Shown in pieces: positions 1 through 11,776 of a stretch of DNA of 64,000 nucleotides. Made by a program: the position numbers and the translations under genes. The stretch is from NCBI GenBank assembly GCA_963748015.1, contig CAVVHE010000004.1:896001-960000 (forward strand). The letters are read 5' to 3'. Numbering within the stretch: the first letter of the stretch is position 1; each line of letters opens with the position of its first letter. The notes under the pieces were generated by a model. That model had not been told where the DNA came from. It saw only the letters and a program-made list of their open reading frames with translations, and ran no database searches. The stretch is from Terriglobia bacterium. GTDB lineage: Bacteria; Acidobacteriota; Polarisedimenticolia; Polarisedimenticolales; JAIQFR01.

Positions 1-2271
1 CGCACGGCGGATCGCCTGCTCGGCACCGACCTGTTCTGGAGCGGCCTGCTCGTGGTCGTGGTGACGGCCCTCCTGCTGATCGGGGGCGGCCCCGGCGCGG
101 AGCGCCCCCCGGGCGTCGGGGAGATCCTCGACCACGACATCGTCGCTCGGTCGCAGATCTCGATACCGGACGAGCAGCGGACCGAGGCGATGCGGCGCGA
201 AGTCGCCGATGCAGCGCCCGATGTCTACGTTCACGACAGGGCGCGGGGTGAGCGCCTGGCCGACCGGCTGCGTGCGCTGTTCGAGGCAGGGCGGTCCGCG
301 CTCGAGAAGGCGAGGGCGGGGGAGAAGGCGGATGCCGCGAGCGAGATAGGGCGGTCGCTCGGGGAGGGTCTCTCCCCGCGGGAGATCGACGCGCTGGCCC
401 GCCTCGAATTCTCCGCCGCCATCGAGCGGGAGTCGATCGGCGTCCTTCGCGGCGTCATGGGGAACCTCATCGTCGGGAGCAAGGCGCTCCTCCTGGGCAA
501 CGCCCCGGTTCTCCTGGTACACGTGCCGGGAGGAGGAGAGAGCCGCCTGCCGGGTCCGGCGATGCTCCTCGATCTCGAAGACGCGCGACGGCAGGCTCGT
601 GCCGCCGTCGGCGCGAGGCTCACGATCGATCCCGACGACAGGGACGCGGTGGCGGACCTTGTCGCGTACTTCGTCGACGTCAACGTCGTTTTCGATCCCG
701 GAGCGACCGCCGCGCGGCGGGACGCGGCGCTCGGATCGGTGCCCGCGGCGGTCCGGACCGTCCCCAAGGGGACCGTTCTCGCGCGCGCCGGGGAGAAGCT
801 CACACCGGAGAGCCTCGCGCGCGTCGAGGCTTCGCGGGGCACGCGGCGCGGGAGAATCGGCCTCTCCGGCTTCGCGGGAATCCTGGTCATCTCCGCGTTC
901 CTGGCCTTCTTCCTCCACCGGTACACCCGCTACCACCAGCGCTACTTCAGGAAAGTGCGCAACCTCCACGCGCTCCTCGCGCTGGTCATGATTTCGATGC
1001 TCCTCCTCTCGAGGGCGATGATCTGGATCGCGCAGGAGGTTTCCGACAACCTGACGCCTCCCTTCAGCGAGCCTTCGAGCTACATCAACCTCATCCCGCT
1101 GGCCGGAGGCTCGATCCTCGTCGCCCTCCTCGCGAGCGGCCGCATCTCGATGGTCTACTCGGGGTTCCTCGCGCTTCTCTTCGCCGCGCTGAACGGCTGG
1201 AACGCTTACGTGATGACGTGGGCGCTTCTCGTGCAGTGGGCGGGGATCTACGCGATCACGACGTACCGCGAGCGGGCCGCGCTGCTGCGAGCCGGCCTGG
1301 TCGCCGGGGTGGCCGGCGCCGTCGCGGCGCTCGCCGTGGCGGCGGTCCGCGACGGGCTGCTCCCGCCGTCGCGCGGGTTCTTCGAGGCCGGGCTCGCCTT
1401 CGTCGGGGGAGCGGTGGGCACGGGCCTCATCGTCTCGTTCGCGCTCCCCCTGTTCGAGGAGCTCTTCAGGGTCCTGACGGACATCCGCCTGCTGGAGCTT
1501 TCCAACGTCAACCACCCGCTGCTGTCGGAGTTCGCCGTGAAGGCGCCGGGTTCGTACAACCACAGCCTGGTGGTCGGGACGCTGGCGGAGGAGGCCGCGA
1601 GGGCCATCGGCGCCAACTCGCTCTTCTGCCGGGTGGCGGCCTTCTACCACGACATCGGCAAGATCCGGAAGCCGGAGTACTACGTCGAGAACCAGCACGG
1701 CTCGAACCCCCACGACCGCCTGTCGCCGTTCATGTCGGCGCTGATCATCGCCGCTCACGTCAAGGACGGGATCCGCCTCGGGCGCGAGGCGGGGCTTCCC
1801 GAGCAGATCGTCGACGTCGTCCCGCAGCACCACGGGACGCGGCTGATGTCGTACTTCTACGACAAGGCGCGCAGGGCGGCCGATCCGTCGCTCGGCCCCG
1901 TCACCGAGGCCGACTTCCGCTATCCGGGACCCAAGCCGCAGAACAAGGAGACGGCGATCTTCATGCTGGCGGACGCCATCGAGGCCGCAGCGCGCACGCT
2001 CGACGATCCCACTCCCGGCCGCCTGGGCGAGCTGATCCACAAGATGGCGCAGACCATCGTTCTCGACGGGCAGCTCGACGAGTGCGACCTGACCTTCGCC
2101 GACCTCGAGAGGATCGAGGAGTCGTTCCTCCGGACGCTCACCAGCATGTACCACCACCGCGTGGACTATCCCGGATTCGATTTCGGGCGATCCCGCTCCA
2201 ACGGGAAGACCGCCGGCGCCGGGGCCGGATCGGCGGCCGACCAGGAGCGCGCCGCGGTGAGTGGGAAGGGG
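1..2271 (+). CDS. 7TM-HD (HDIG) membrane phosphohydrolase, PgpH-like cyclic-di-AMP phosphodiesterase family; 5'-partial; reads in frame into ybeY
   Basis: Frame open from base 1. Extracellular domain, multiple hydrophobic helices, and HD motifs (APGSYNHS, YHDIGK, QHHGT, MLADAIEAA). No stop codon before the YbeY domain. Confidence 0.9.
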
Positions 2272-2778
2272 ATGGCCCGAGCGGGCGCGGAACGCGGAGC
2301 GCGCTCTCGCGAGGTCGAGGTCGAAGTGGTGAGCCGCCTGCGCCGTACAGGTGCGGGCCCTCGCGCGCTCGAGCGTTTCCTGGCGCGCCTCTCGCGGGAG
2401 GTTCCGGCCCCGGCCGGCGCGCGGATGTGCCTCTGCCTCCTCTCCGACCCCTCGATGCGGCGGCTGAACGGCGAGTTTCGCGGCAAGTGGGCGACGACCG
2501 ACGTCCTCGCTTTCCCCGGGGGCGGCGCGCGCGATCCCGAGGGGCGCGTGCTCCTCGGAGACGTCGCGATCTCCGTCCCGAGGGCCGCGGCGCAGGCGCG
2601 CGAGGAAGGCCACTCCGTGGCGCGCGAGGTGCGCATCCTTGCCCTTCACGGGTATCTCCACCTGCTCGGCTACGATCACGAGACGGACAGGGGCGAGATG
2701 ATGCGGCTCGAGGGGCGGCTGGCGAGGCGTTTGATCGCGCGCCGGCCCGCCGGCCGGGCGCCGGGGGCCCGCCGGTGA
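2272..2778 (+). CDS. ybeY: rRNA maturation endoribonuclease YbeY (in frame with the upstream HD protein)
   Basis: TDVLAFP, LGDVAIS and HGYLHLLGYDH motifs. ATG at 2272 follows purine-rich GGGAAGGGG. Confidence 0.92.
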   Translation: MARAGAERGARSREVEVEVVSRLRRTGAGPRALERFLARLSREVPAPAGARMCLCLLSDPSMRRLNGEFRGKWATTDVLAFPGGGARDPEGRVLLGDVAISVPRAAAQAREEGHSVAREVRILALHGYLHLLGYDHETDRGEMMRLEGRLARRLIARRPAGRAPGARR

Positions 2779-4040
2779 TCGCCGGAATGCTGATCGTCGC
2801 CGCGGTGCTGCTGCTCGCCGAGCTGGCGACCGCGGTGCTGCTTCTGGCGATTTCCGGCCTGAGCAGGGTCGCGCTCCGTCGCCTCGTCGCGGAGCAGCCC
2901 CGCTTCACCCTCCTCGAAGAGGTGCGGAGCGGGCGCTCGAGCCGCCGGATCGCCCTTCACGCCGCCCGGGAGAGCTGCCTCCTCGGCGCGAGCGCCGCGA
3001 TGGCGCTCGCGGCCCGGGCCGCCGGTCTGCCGCATCCCTGGCTCGTGGGACTCGCCGGCGGCGTGCTCGCGGGGGTGCTCGTGCTCGAGGGACTCGTCGC
3101 GCGCGGCCTGGCGCTCCGGGCCCCCCGCGCCGCCATCCGGGCCACCGCGTTCCTCGCGACGCCGATCCACGTCCTCTTCCTTCCGATCGCCGCGCCGATG
3201 GCCGCGCTTCTGGCCCGCTGGACGTCGGCGCGCGCGCGGGAGGAGGCGGAGGGAGAGGAGGACGAGGAAGAAGTGGACGCTTTCCTCGAGGTCGGAGAGC
3301 GCGACGGGATCCTGGAGGCCGGCGAGAGCCGGATGGTTCGCGGGATAGTGGACCTCTCCGAGACGAGAGCGCGCGAGATCATGACGCCGCGGACCGACAT
3401 CGTCGCCCTTCCCGCGGACGCCTCGATCTCGGACGCGCGCAAGGCGCTGCTGCGGACCTGGCACTCGAGGATTCCGGTCTACCGGGGGAATCTCGACAAC
3501 GTCGTCGGGGTCCTCGACGTGCGGGACGTCCTGAAGGCGGCCGACGGCGGGGCGGAGGCAATGCCGGTCGCGTCGTTCCTGCGCCCGGCCTTCTTCGTCC
3601 CCGAGACGCAGTCCACGGCGGACCTCCTCGCGCAAATGCGCACGAGGACCCGGATGGCGCTCGTGGTGGACGAGTACGGTGGTCTCGCCGGGCTCGTCAC
3701 CCTCGAGGACATCGTCGAGGAGATCGTCGGGGACATCCGCGAGGAGCACGAGCCCGAAGAAGCGGGAGTCCGGGCCGAGGCGGACGGCTGGTGGAGCGTC
3801 AGCGGGCTGGTGCACGTGGAGGAAATCGAACCGCTGTTCCTCGTCACCATCGGCGAGCGCGGCTTCGATACCGTCGGCGGCCTCGTGGTCGCCGCGCTCG
3901 GCCACGTGCCGTCGCCCGGAGCGAGGCTCGAGGCCCACGGGCTCGAGATCGAGGTGGTGGAGGCCGACAGGCGGCGGGTCTACCGGGTCCGGCTGCGGAA
4001 AGCGTCGCCGGCCGCGGAAATGGAGGGAGATCCGAAGTGA
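2775..4040 (+). CDS. HlyC/CorC family membrane protein (CNNM/DUF21-CBS-CBS-CorC)
   Basis: N-terminal TM helices; REIMTPRTDI, HSRIPVY and VVDEYGGLAGLVTLEDIVEEIVGDI motifs; GTGA overlap with the ybeY stop. Confidence 0.92.
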   Translation: MIAGMLIVAAVLLLAELATAVLLLAISGLSRVALRRLVAEQPRFTLLEEVRSGRSSRRIALHAARESCLLGASAAMALAARAAGLPHPWLVGLAGGVLAGVLVLEGLVARGLALRAPRAAIRATAFLATPIHVLFLPIAAPMAALLARWTSARAREEAEGEEDEEEVDAFLEVGERDGILEAGESRMVRGIVDLSETRAREIMTPRTDIVALPADASISDARKALLRTWHSRIPVYRGNLDNVVGVLDVRDVLKAADGGAEAMPVASFLRPAFFVPETQSTADLLAQMRTRTRMALVVDEYGGLAGLVTLEDIVEEIVGDIREEHEPEEAGVRAEADGWWSVSGLVHVEEIEPLFLVTIGERGFDTVGGLVVAALGHVPSPGARLEAHGLEIEVVEADRRRVYRVRLRKASPAAEMEGDPK

Positions 4041-4950
4041 CCGAAGCCGATCGGACGGCAAGGCGCCACCGCGCCGGGATGGTGACGATCGCCGGCTGGA
4101 CGAACGTCGGGAAGTCCACCCTCCTGAACCGCCTCGTGGGAGAGAAGATCGCGGCGGTGTCGCCGGTCGCCCAGACGACCCGGCACCGGATCCTCGGTGT
4201 GCTGCATCTCGAGGGTCGCGGGCAAGTGGCGTTCGCGGACACGCCCGGGCTTCACGAGCCCCGCCACCGGATGAACCGCGCGATGGTGGAGATCGCCTGC
4301 CAGAGCCTCCGCGACGTGGACCTCGTGATCCTGGTCGTGGACGCCTCGCTGGGCCCCGGACCGGGGGACGAGCGCGCGGCATCTCTCCTCCGGCGGCTGC
4401 CGACACCGAGGATGGCGGTGCTCAACAAGATCGACCTCGTGCCGCGGAAGGAGAAGCTCCTTTCCATGATGAAGACGCTCGTGGACGACTGGGAGCTCGG
4501 GGAGGCCGTTCCGGTATCGGCCGCGACCGGCGAAGGGTGCGACCTGCTGGTCGAGCGGATTCTCGATCGTCTCCCCGAGGGCCCGCCCCTGTTCCCCGAG
4601 GACATGCTGACCGACCAGCCCGAACGGATCCTCGTCGCCGAGTGGATACGCGAGCAGATTCTCCTCAGGACGCGCCAGGAGATCCCCCACTCCGTCGCGG
4701 TGATCGTGGACAGCTGGAACACGCGCGCGGACGGCCTCGTCGAGATCGAGGCCACGATCCTCGTGGAGCGGGAGTCGCAGAAGGGAATCGTCATCGGGAA
4801 GGGGGGGCTCTGCTCAAGGCGATCGGCACCGACGCCCGGCGGGAGATCGAGCGGCTCCTCGGCTCCCGGGTCTACATCGGGCTCCACGTCCGCGCCAGGC
4901 CGGAGTGGCGGGACGACGACAGGACCCTCCACGAGATCGGTATCGGCTGA
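4037..4950 (+). CDS. era: GTPase Era (frameshift at G7 run 4801-4807, probable sequencing error)
   Basis: GxxNVGKS, QTTR, DTPG, NKID and the KH-domain SQKGIVIGKGG. The C-terminus (LLKAIGTDARREIERLLG...W) continues in another frame and is restored by one extra G. Confidence 0.93.
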
Positions 4951-5024
4951 GCGCCCGCGCGGCCCCTTCTGATAGAATCCATGGTCCTTCACTTCAAATC
5001 TCCGCGATCGGGGAAGGGAGCGTC

Positions 5025-5803
5025 TTGGGCCGGCGGAACGACGACGCGTACGTGCTCGGGACACACGCGCTGGGCGAGGCGGATGTGATCGTGACCCTGC
5101 TGGCCGAGAGCTCGGGGCGAGTCCGCGGCGTCGCGCAGTCGGCGCGCAAGAGCCGGCGCCGCTTCGGCGGCGCTCTCGAGCCGCTCACCCGCGTGCGCGC
5201 GGCCTGGACCGAGCGCGAGGGACGGGAGCTGCACCGGATCGAATCCCTCGACCTCTCGCACTCCTACGCGGCGATGCAGGCCGACCCGGCGGGACAGGCC
5301 GCGTGCGCCGTGCTGGCGGAGCTGGCCGCCGCGGTCGCTCACGAGGGGGAGCCGGACCCCAAGGGGTTCCGCCTGCTCGGCGCGGTGCTCGGCGCGCTCG
5401 AGGCGGGGCTCGACGCCTGGACGGCGATCCGCTACTTCGAGTACTGGACGTTGAAGCTGCACGGGGTCCTGCACGAGACGGATGCCTGCTCCGCCTGCGG
5501 GCGCGAGATTTCCGGGAACGCCCCTCGAAAGGTCGAGGGCGGGATCGTGCGCTGCGCGACGTGCGACCGCGGGGCGGGGGGAACGGCCGTGCGCTGAAGC
5601 GCGACGACCTCGCGTTCCTCGCCGCCGCCCTCAGGACCGCTCCGTCGGGTCTCGCCGGCTTCGAGCGCGCCGCCCGCCCCGGGGGCGCTCTCGAAGCGCT
5701 CCTGCGGGGAGGCATCGAGTCCTTCGTGGAGCGGCGGTTCAGGACGTACCGGCATCTGGCGGCGGCGGTCGAGCCTCCGGCGGGGGAGGGAGTCCGACGA
5801 TGA
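5025..5803 (+). CDS. recO: DNA repair protein RecO (frameshift at G6 run 5576-5581)
   Basis: [11 protein letters not shown]...[19 protein letters not shown], CxxC...CxxC zinc finger, and position between era and glyQ. One extra G joins the two frames. Confidence 0.9.
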
Positions 5804-6729
5804 CCTTCCAGGACCTACTCCTCGCGATCCAGTCGTACTGGGCGGGTCGCGGTTGCGTGCTCCAGCAGCCGTACGACCTGGAAGTCGGCGCGGGAACCAT
5901 GCATCCCGACACGTTTTTCCGCGTCCTCGGGCCCGAGCCGTGGCGCGTCGCGTACTGCCAGCCGTCCCGCCGTCCGGGGGACGGTCGCTACGGCGCGAAC
6001 CCGATGCGCGTGTACAAGCACTACCAGTTCCAGGTCGTGCTCAAGCCGGCGCCGCTCGACGTGCAGGAGCTCTACCTCGACTCGCTGCGGGCTTTCGGCG
6101 TGGACCCGCGCGAGCACGACATCCGTTTCGAGGAGGACAACTGGGAATCGCCGACCCTCGGCGCGGCCGGCGTCGGGTGGCAGGTCCTGATGGACGGCAT
6201 GGAGATCTCGCAGTTCACCTACTTCCAGCAGTCCGGCGGCTTCGAGCTTCGCCCGGTCTCCGTGGAGCTGACCTACGGGCTGGAGCGGATCTGCATGTTC
6301 CTGAACGATATCCGCAGCATCTTCGACATCCCCTGGAACGGCGGCGTCACTTACGGCGACGTCCGTCATCGCGAGGAGGTCGAGCACTCGGCCTACAGTT
6401 TCCGCGAGGCGGACGTGCCGGTCCTGCGAGCGCAGTTCGCGCAGTGGGAGGCGGAATCGAAGCGCCTCGTCGCAGCGGAGTCCGACGGGGGGCCCCCGGG
6501 AGAGCATGGCCCCCTGGTCGTTCCCGCCTACGAGGCCGCCCTCAAGTGCTCGCATCTCTTCAACGTGCTCGACGCGCGGGGGGCGCTCTCGGTGACGGAG
6601 CGCGCCGCGAGCATCCAGAGGATTCGCCGGCTCGCTTGCCGGGCCGCGGAGGGGTATCTCGCGCAGCGCGAGGCGGCGGGTTTTCCGCTCCTTCGAGGCG
6701 CGGGCGGCGCCGGGACGGTGGTTCCATGA
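5800..6729 (+). CDS. glyQ: Glycine--tRNA ligase alpha subunit
   Basis: MTFQDLL...[43 protein letters not shown]. Confidence 0.98.
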   Translation: MTFQDLLLAIQSYWAGRGCVLQQPYDLEVGAGTMHPDTFFRVLGPEPWRVAYCQPSRRPGDGRYGANPMRVYKHYQFQVVLKPAPLDVQELYLDSLRAFGVDPREHDIRFEEDNWESPTLGAAGVGWQVLMDGMEISQFTYFQQSGGFELRPVSVELTYGLERICMFLNDIRSIFDIPWNGGVTYGDVRHREEVEHSAYSFREADVPVLRAQFAQWEAESKRLVAAESDGGPPGEHGPLVVPAYEAALKCSHLFNVLDARGALSVTERAASIQRIRRLACRAAEGYLAQREAAGFPLLRGAGGAGTVVP

Positions 6730-8840
6730 GCGCGCCGCTCCTGATCGAGATCGGCTGCGAGGAGATCCCCGCCCGCATGATCCCGACGGCGGCAAGGGAC
6801 CTCGGACAGCGGGTCGAGGCCCTGCTGGACCAGGCGGGACTGGCCCACGGCCGCTGCGCGGCCTGGGGCGGCTCGCGCCGCCTCGCCGTCCGGGTCGAGG
6901 AGGTCGAGGCGCGCCAGCCGGACCGTGAGGAACTGGTGCTCGGGCCCTCCGCTCGCGCGGCGTTCGGGAGCGGGGGCGAGCCGACCGCCGCGGCGATCGG
7001 ATTCGCGCGCAAGCAGGGAATCGATCCGTCGGTCCTGAGGCCGGTCACCACGGAGAAGGGGGACTACGCCGGTTTCCGGCGAAAGGTGCTCGGGAAGTTC
7101 CTCGGCGAGATCTTGGCCGGCGGACTTCCGCAGGCCGTGGAGGGGATGTCCTTTCCCAAGACGATGCGGTGGAGCGACGGGATCCACCGATGGGTTCGCC
7201 CCGTGCACTGGCTCCTCTCCTTGCACGGGGAGGACGTCCTCGCGATCGAGCTGTTCGGAGTGCGGGGGAGTTCGTCGTCGAGAGGACATCGTTTCCTGTC
7301 TCCCGGTCCGGTTCACGTCCCGCATGCCGACCGTTATGCGGGCGCGCTCGCGGAGGCGTTCGTCGTGTTCGACCCCGCCGACCGGAGACGCCTCCTGGCC
7401 CGTCGGCTCGGCGAGGCCGCGGCGCTCCTCGGAGGCGAGCCGGTGGAGGACCCGGCCCTTCTCGAGGAGGTGGTCGATCTGGTGGAGTGGCCGGGCGTCG
7501 TCGCCGGCCGGATCGACCCGGCCTACCTCGAGCTTCCGCGGGAGATCCTCGTCACGACGCTCCGCCACCACCAGAAGGCGTTCTCGGTGCAGTCGGGCGG
7601 GCGCCTCCTCCCCGCGTTCCTGGCGGTGGCGAACACCGACCGCGACCCGGCCGGCCACATCGCGCGGGGGAACGAGTGGGTCGTGGGCGGCCGCCTCGAG
7701 GACGCGCGCTACTTCTGGACCGAGGACCGCAAGCGCACGCTCGACTCGCGCGTGCCGGATCTCGCCGGCGTGATGTTCCACAAGACGGCCGGCAGCTATC
7801 TCGACAAGGTTCGCCGCACCCGGCTCGTCGCGGAGGCGCTCGCGGGGTCGCTCGGTCTCGCCGCGGCCGAGATCGAGGCGGCGGGCCGCGCCGCGGAGCG
7901 CTCGAAGGCGGACCTGGTCACGGGTCTCGTCGGGGAATTCCCCGAGCTCCAGGGAATCGTCGGCGGTCTCTTGCTCCTGCAGGAGGGAGAGGATCCCGAG
8001 GTGTCCCGGGCCGTCTACGATCACTACCGTCCCGCGGGGGCGGAGGACGCCCTTCCCGAGACGCCGGTCGGCAGCGTGCTGTCCGTCGCCGACCGGCTCG
8101 ACACGCTCGGCTCCTTGCTCGCCGCCGGCGAGACGCCGACCGGCTCGCGAGATCCCTTCGCGCTCCGCCGGGCCGCCAACGGCGTCTTCCGCATCCTGCT
8201 GGATCGGATGTGGCCGCTCTCCCTCGCGGACCTCCACCGAGCGTCGGCGCATTCCACCGCGGGTGCCGCGGACCCGCGCGTCTCGGCGTTCCTCGAGCAG
8301 CGTTTCCAGGACCACTTGAGGGACCGCGGCTTCACCGCGAACGAGATCCATTCCGTCCTTCGGGCGAGGGGAGGGTCCGAGTCCCGGTCCTGGCCGCTGT
8401 CGGACGTCGTGGCTAGGCTCGAGGCGATCAGGAAAGTCCGCGGCCGCCCCGACTTCGAGCACCTGGTGGACCTCACGAAGCGGGTCGACAACATTCTCGG
8501 AAAGGGAGCGGCGGAGATCGGCGACACGGTATCGCGGGCCGGGGGGCCCTCGGCCTACGTCGAATCCGAGCCCGCGGCGGTGAGGCTCGAGGCGCTCGTC
8601 GCGGAGTCGGGACCGACGATGCTCCGGAGCTCCGAGCAGCGGCGGTATTCCGACATCGTGGATCTCATCTCGGCTTTCATCCGTCCGGTGGAGCAGTTCT
8701 TCGACGAGGTTCTCGTCATCGACCCGGAGCGCCCGGAGGCGACCCGTCACCGCGCCGATCTCGTCGCGCGCCTCAAGACCCTCCTGGTTTCGTACTTCGA
8801 CATACGCGAGCTGGCCGGTCAGGCCGATAGGAGAGGTTGA
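6726..8840 (+). CDS. glyS: Glycine--tRNA ligase beta subunit
   Basis: [43 protein letters not shown] overlap with glyQ. Confidence 0.97.
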   Translation: MSAPLLIEIGCEEIPARMIPTAARDLGQRVEALLDQAGLAHGRCAAWGGSRRLAVRVEEVEARQPDREELVLGPSARAAFGSGGEPTAAAIGFARKQGIDPSVLRPVTTEKGDYAGFRRKVLGKFLGEILAGGLPQAVEGMSFPKTMRWSDGIHRWVRPVHWLLSLHGEDVLAIELFGVRGSSSSRGHRFLSPGPVHVPHADRYAGALAEAFVVFDPADRRRLLARRLGEAAALLGGEPVEDPALLEEVVDLVEWPGVVAGRIDPAYLELPREILVTTLRHHQKAFSVQSGGRLLPAFLAVANTDRDPAGHIARGNEWVVGGRLEDARYFWTEDRKRTLDSRVPDLAGVMFHKTAGSYLDKVRRTRLVAEALAGSLGLAAAEIEAAGRAAERSKADLVTGLVGEFPELQGIVGGLLLLQEGEDPEVSRAVYDHYRPAGAEDALPETPVGSVLSVADRLDTLGSLLAAGETPTGSRDPFALRRAANGVFRILLDRMWPLSLADLHRASAHSTAGAADPRVSAFLEQRFQDHLRDRGFTANEIHSVLRARGGSESRSWPLSDVVARLEAIRKVRGRPDFEHLVDLTKRVDNILGKGAAEIGDTVSRAGGPSAYVESEPAAVRLEALVAESGPTMLRSSEQRRYSDIVDLISAFIRPVEQFFDEVLVIDPERPEATRHRADLVARLKTLLVSYFDIRELAGQADRRG

Positions 8841-11584
8841 TGGAGAAGCTGGTCTATTTCTTCGCGAACGGCAGCGCCGAGGGGAACAGCGGCATGAAGG
8901 ACCTGCTGGGGGGCAAGGGGGCCAACCTGGCGGAGATGACGAACCTCGGCATCCCCGTCCCGCCCGGCTTCACGATCGCGACGCGCGCGTGCAACCTCTA
9001 CTTCGAGGGCGGCAACCGGATGCCGGAGGGGCTCGAAGGAGAGGTCCGCGAGGCGTTGCGGCGCCTCGAGGCGGAGCAGGGAAAGCGATTCGGCGACGAC
9101 GCGGATCCCCTGCTGGTTTCCGTGCGCTCGGGCGCGAAGTTCTCGATGCCCGGGATGATGGACACGATCTTGAACCTCGGCCTCAACTCGCGGGCCGTCC
9201 TCGGGCTGGCGCGGGCGGGAGGGGACCGGAGGTTCGCGTTCGACTCGTACCGCCGCTTCATCCAGATGTACTCGGACGTCGTGCTGGGGGTGCACAAGCA
9301 CGAGTTCGAGGCGCTTCTCGAGGCTGCGAAGCGGAGCCGGAAGGTGGAGCACGACACGGAGCTCACCGCCTCGGACCTCGAGGCCCTCGTCGGCAAGTAC
9401 AAGGAGAAGGTCAAGAAGGCCACGGGGAAGGCGTTTCCGGAGGACCCCGTCGCGCAGCTCTGGGGAGCGATCGCGGCGGTGTTCAGGAGCTGGATGAACG
9501 AGCGTGCCCGCATCTACCGGCGCCAGTACGGCATCGCGGACGACCTCGGCACGGCGGTCAACGTGCAGTGCATGGTGTTCGGGAACCTCGGCGACGACTG
9601 CGCCACGGGCGTCGCTTTCACCCGCAATCCCGCGACGGGAGAGAATCTCTTTTACGGCGAGTACCTGCCGAACGCGCAGGGAGAGGACGTGGTGGCGGGC
9701 ATCCGCACGCCGCGGCCGATCTCTCGGGCCCAGGCCGCGGACGGCGAGGGGACCTCGCTCGAGGAATTCCTGCCCGGCTGCTACGCCCAGCTCCTCGAGA
9801 TCCGCGGCCGGCTCGAGAAGCACTACACCGACATGCAGGACATCGAGTTCACCATCGAGCGCGGCACGCTCTACATGCTGCAGACCCGAACGGGGAAGCG
9901 GACCGGCCTCGCGGCGCTCAACATCGCGTTCGATTTGCACGAGGCGGGGGTCGTCGATCGCGACACGGTCATACAGCGCGTCGAGCCCGACATGCTGGTG
10001 CAGCTCCTCTCGCCGATCTTCGACGCGAAGGACAAGGAAAAGGCGCGGAAGGGCGGGCGGCTTCTCGCGAAGGGGCTTCCGGCCGGACCGGGGGCGGCGT
10101 CGGGCGCCGTGGTCTTCAGCGCGAAGCGCGCGGTCGAGCTGGCGGGGAAGGGGAGGAAGGTGCTGCTCGTGCGCGCGGAGACGAGCCCCGAGGACCTCGC
10201 CGGCATGGTGGCCGCCGCCGGGATCCTCACGAGCCGCGGGGGCATGACTTCGCACGCCGCCGTCGTCGCCCGCGGGATGGGTAAGCCGTGCGTGGTCGGC
10301 GCCGAGGCGCTGATGGTGGACGTGGACGCGGGACGGCTGCGCGCGGCGGGGAAGGTCCTCAAGGAGGGCGACGCCATCTCGATCGACGGGAGCACGGGAG
10401 AGGTGATTCTCGGCGAGCTCGAGACCCATCCCTCCGAGATCCAGCAGGTCGTCCTCGAGAAGACGCTGAAGCCCGAGCGCTCGAAGCTCTACCGGCGCTA
10501 CGCTCGCCTCATGGAGTGGGCGGACGAGCTCCGGCGCCTCAAGGTGCGCACCAACGCCGACACGCCGCACGACTCCTCGGTCGCGCGCGCCTTCGGCGCG
10601 CAGGGGATCGGCCTCTGTCGCACCGAGCACATGTTCTTCGCGGAGGACCGGATCGCGGCCGTGCGCGAGATGATCCTCGCCGACGACCTGAAGCAGCGGC
10701 AGAAGGCCCTCGCGAAGCTCCTCCCGATGCAGCGGAGGGACTTCGTGGGCATCTTCAAGGCCATGGACGGACTGCCGGTGACGATTCGCCTGCTCGACCC
10801 GCCGCTCCACGAGTTCCTTCCCACGGAGCCGGAGCAGTTCCGCAGGCTCGCCCGCGAGATGGGGGTGCCGGCGAAGAGCCTGGAGGAGAAGGCCGACCAG
10901 CTGCACGAGACCAATCCGATGCTCGGGCACCGCGGCTGCCGCCTCGGAATCACCTTCCCCGAGATCTACGACATGCAGGCTCGCGCCATTTTCGAGGCGG
11001 CCGCGGCCTGCTCCAAGAAGGGCGTCCGCGTGCACCCCGAGGTCATGATTCCGCTGATCGGAACGGTGAGGGAGTTCACCGACCTCGCCGCCAGGATCCG
11101 CGTGATCGCCGCGGAAGTCGAGAAGAAGGCCGGCGCGAAGGTGAAGTACCTCGTGGGAACGATGATCGAGATTCCGCGCGCCTGTCTCGTCGCGGAGCAG
11201 ATCGGCCGCGAGGCGGAGTTCTTCTCGTTCGGGACCAACGATCTCACCCAGATGACCTACGGCTACAGCCGCGACGACGCCGGGAAGTTCCTCGGCGCGT
11301 ACGTGGAGGCGAGGATCTTGAAGCGCGACCCGTTCCAGGGTATCGACCAGGAAGGGGTCGGCCGTCTCGTCCGGATGGCCGTCGAAGAGGGACGCCGCGG
11401 ACGTCCGGGGCTCAAGGTCGGCGTGTGCGGGGAGCATGGCGGCGACCCCGAGTCGGTCATGTTCTTCCACCGCGTGGGCCTCGACTACGTCTCCTGCTCG
11501 CCTTACCGCGTCCCCGTGGCCCGGCTCGCTGCCGCCCACGCCGCCCTCGCGGAGCGGGGCGCGTCCGGCTCCGGAACGGCGTAG
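8840..11584 (+). CDS. ppdK: Pyruvate, phosphate dikinase
   Basis: LLGGKGANLAEM, VSVRSGA.SMPGMMDT, GGMTSHAAVVARG, GLCRTEHMFF, FSFGTNDLTQ, CGEHGGDP. Confidence 0.98.
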   Translation: MEKLVYFFANGSAEGNSGMKDLLGGKGANLAEMTNLGIPVPPGFTIATRACNLYFEGGNRMPEGLEGEVREALRRLEAEQGKRFGDDADPLLVSVRSGAKFSMPGMMDTILNLGLNSRAVLGLARAGGDRRFAFDSYRRFIQMYSDVVLGVHKHEFEALLEAAKRSRKVEHDTELTASDLEALVGKYKEKVKKATGKAFPEDPVAQLWGAIAAVFRSWMNERARIYRRQYGIADDLGTAVNVQCMVFGNLGDDCATGVAFTRNPATGENLFYGEYLPNAQGEDVVAGIRTPRPISRAQAADGEGTSLEEFLPGCYAQLLEIRGRLEKHYTDMQDIEFTIERGTLYMLQTRTGKRTGLAALNIAFDLHEAGVVDRDTVIQRVEPDMLVQLLSPIFDAKDKEKARKGGRLLAKGLPAGPGAASGAVVFSAKRAVELAGKGRKVLLVRAETSPEDLAGMVAAAGILTSRGGMTSHAAVVARGMGKPCVVGAEALMVDVDAGRLRAAGKVLKEGDAISIDGSTGEVILGELETHPSEIQQVVLEKTLKPERSKLYRRYARLMEWADELRRLKVRTNADTPHDSSVARAFGAQGIGLCRTEHMFFAEDRIAAVREMILADDLKQRQKALAKLLPMQRRDFVGIFKAMDGLPVTIRLLDPPLHEFLPTEPEQFRRLAREMGVPAKSLEEKADQLHETNPMLGHRGCRLGITFPEIYDMQARAIFEAAAACSKKGVRVHPEVMIPLIGTVREFTDLAARIRVIAAEVEKKAGAKVKYLVGTMIEIPRACLVAEQIGREAEFFSFGTNDLTQMTYGYSRDDAGKFLGAYVEARILKRDPFQGIDQEGVGRLVRMAVEEGRRGRPGLKVGVCGEHGGDPESVMFFHRVGLDYVSCSPYRVPVARLAAAHAALAERGASGSGTA

Positions 11585-11617
11585 GAGGTCTCGCACGCGC
11601 GCACCATCGGGATCTTC

Positions 11618-11646
11618 TTGACGCTCCGGGGGTCTGGGGCTATATT
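11618..11646 (+). promoter_or_regulatory. sigma70-type promoter upstream of the dksA-like gene
   Basis: TTGACG-17 nt-TATATT, followed by hairpin CCGGCACGG-AACGT-CCGTGCCGG (11669-11691) in the leader. Confidence 0.65.
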
Positions 11647-11776
11647 GGCCCGCTTTTTTCAAAGCCGGCCGGCACGGAACGTCCGTGCCGGTTGACGGGG
11701 CGGCCGCGGGCTGGTTCCGCGCGCGAGGGCGCCGGGGCGCGGCCGGACCCGGCGTGCAGAAGACGGGAGACAACGA

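Noticed and set aside
4801..4807. Programmed frameshifting or pseudogenisation of era, recO, murJ and lptB
   Set aside because: All are the same single-G loss, mostly in homopolymers of normally essential genes, with no other decay. Sequencing error is the simpler explanation.
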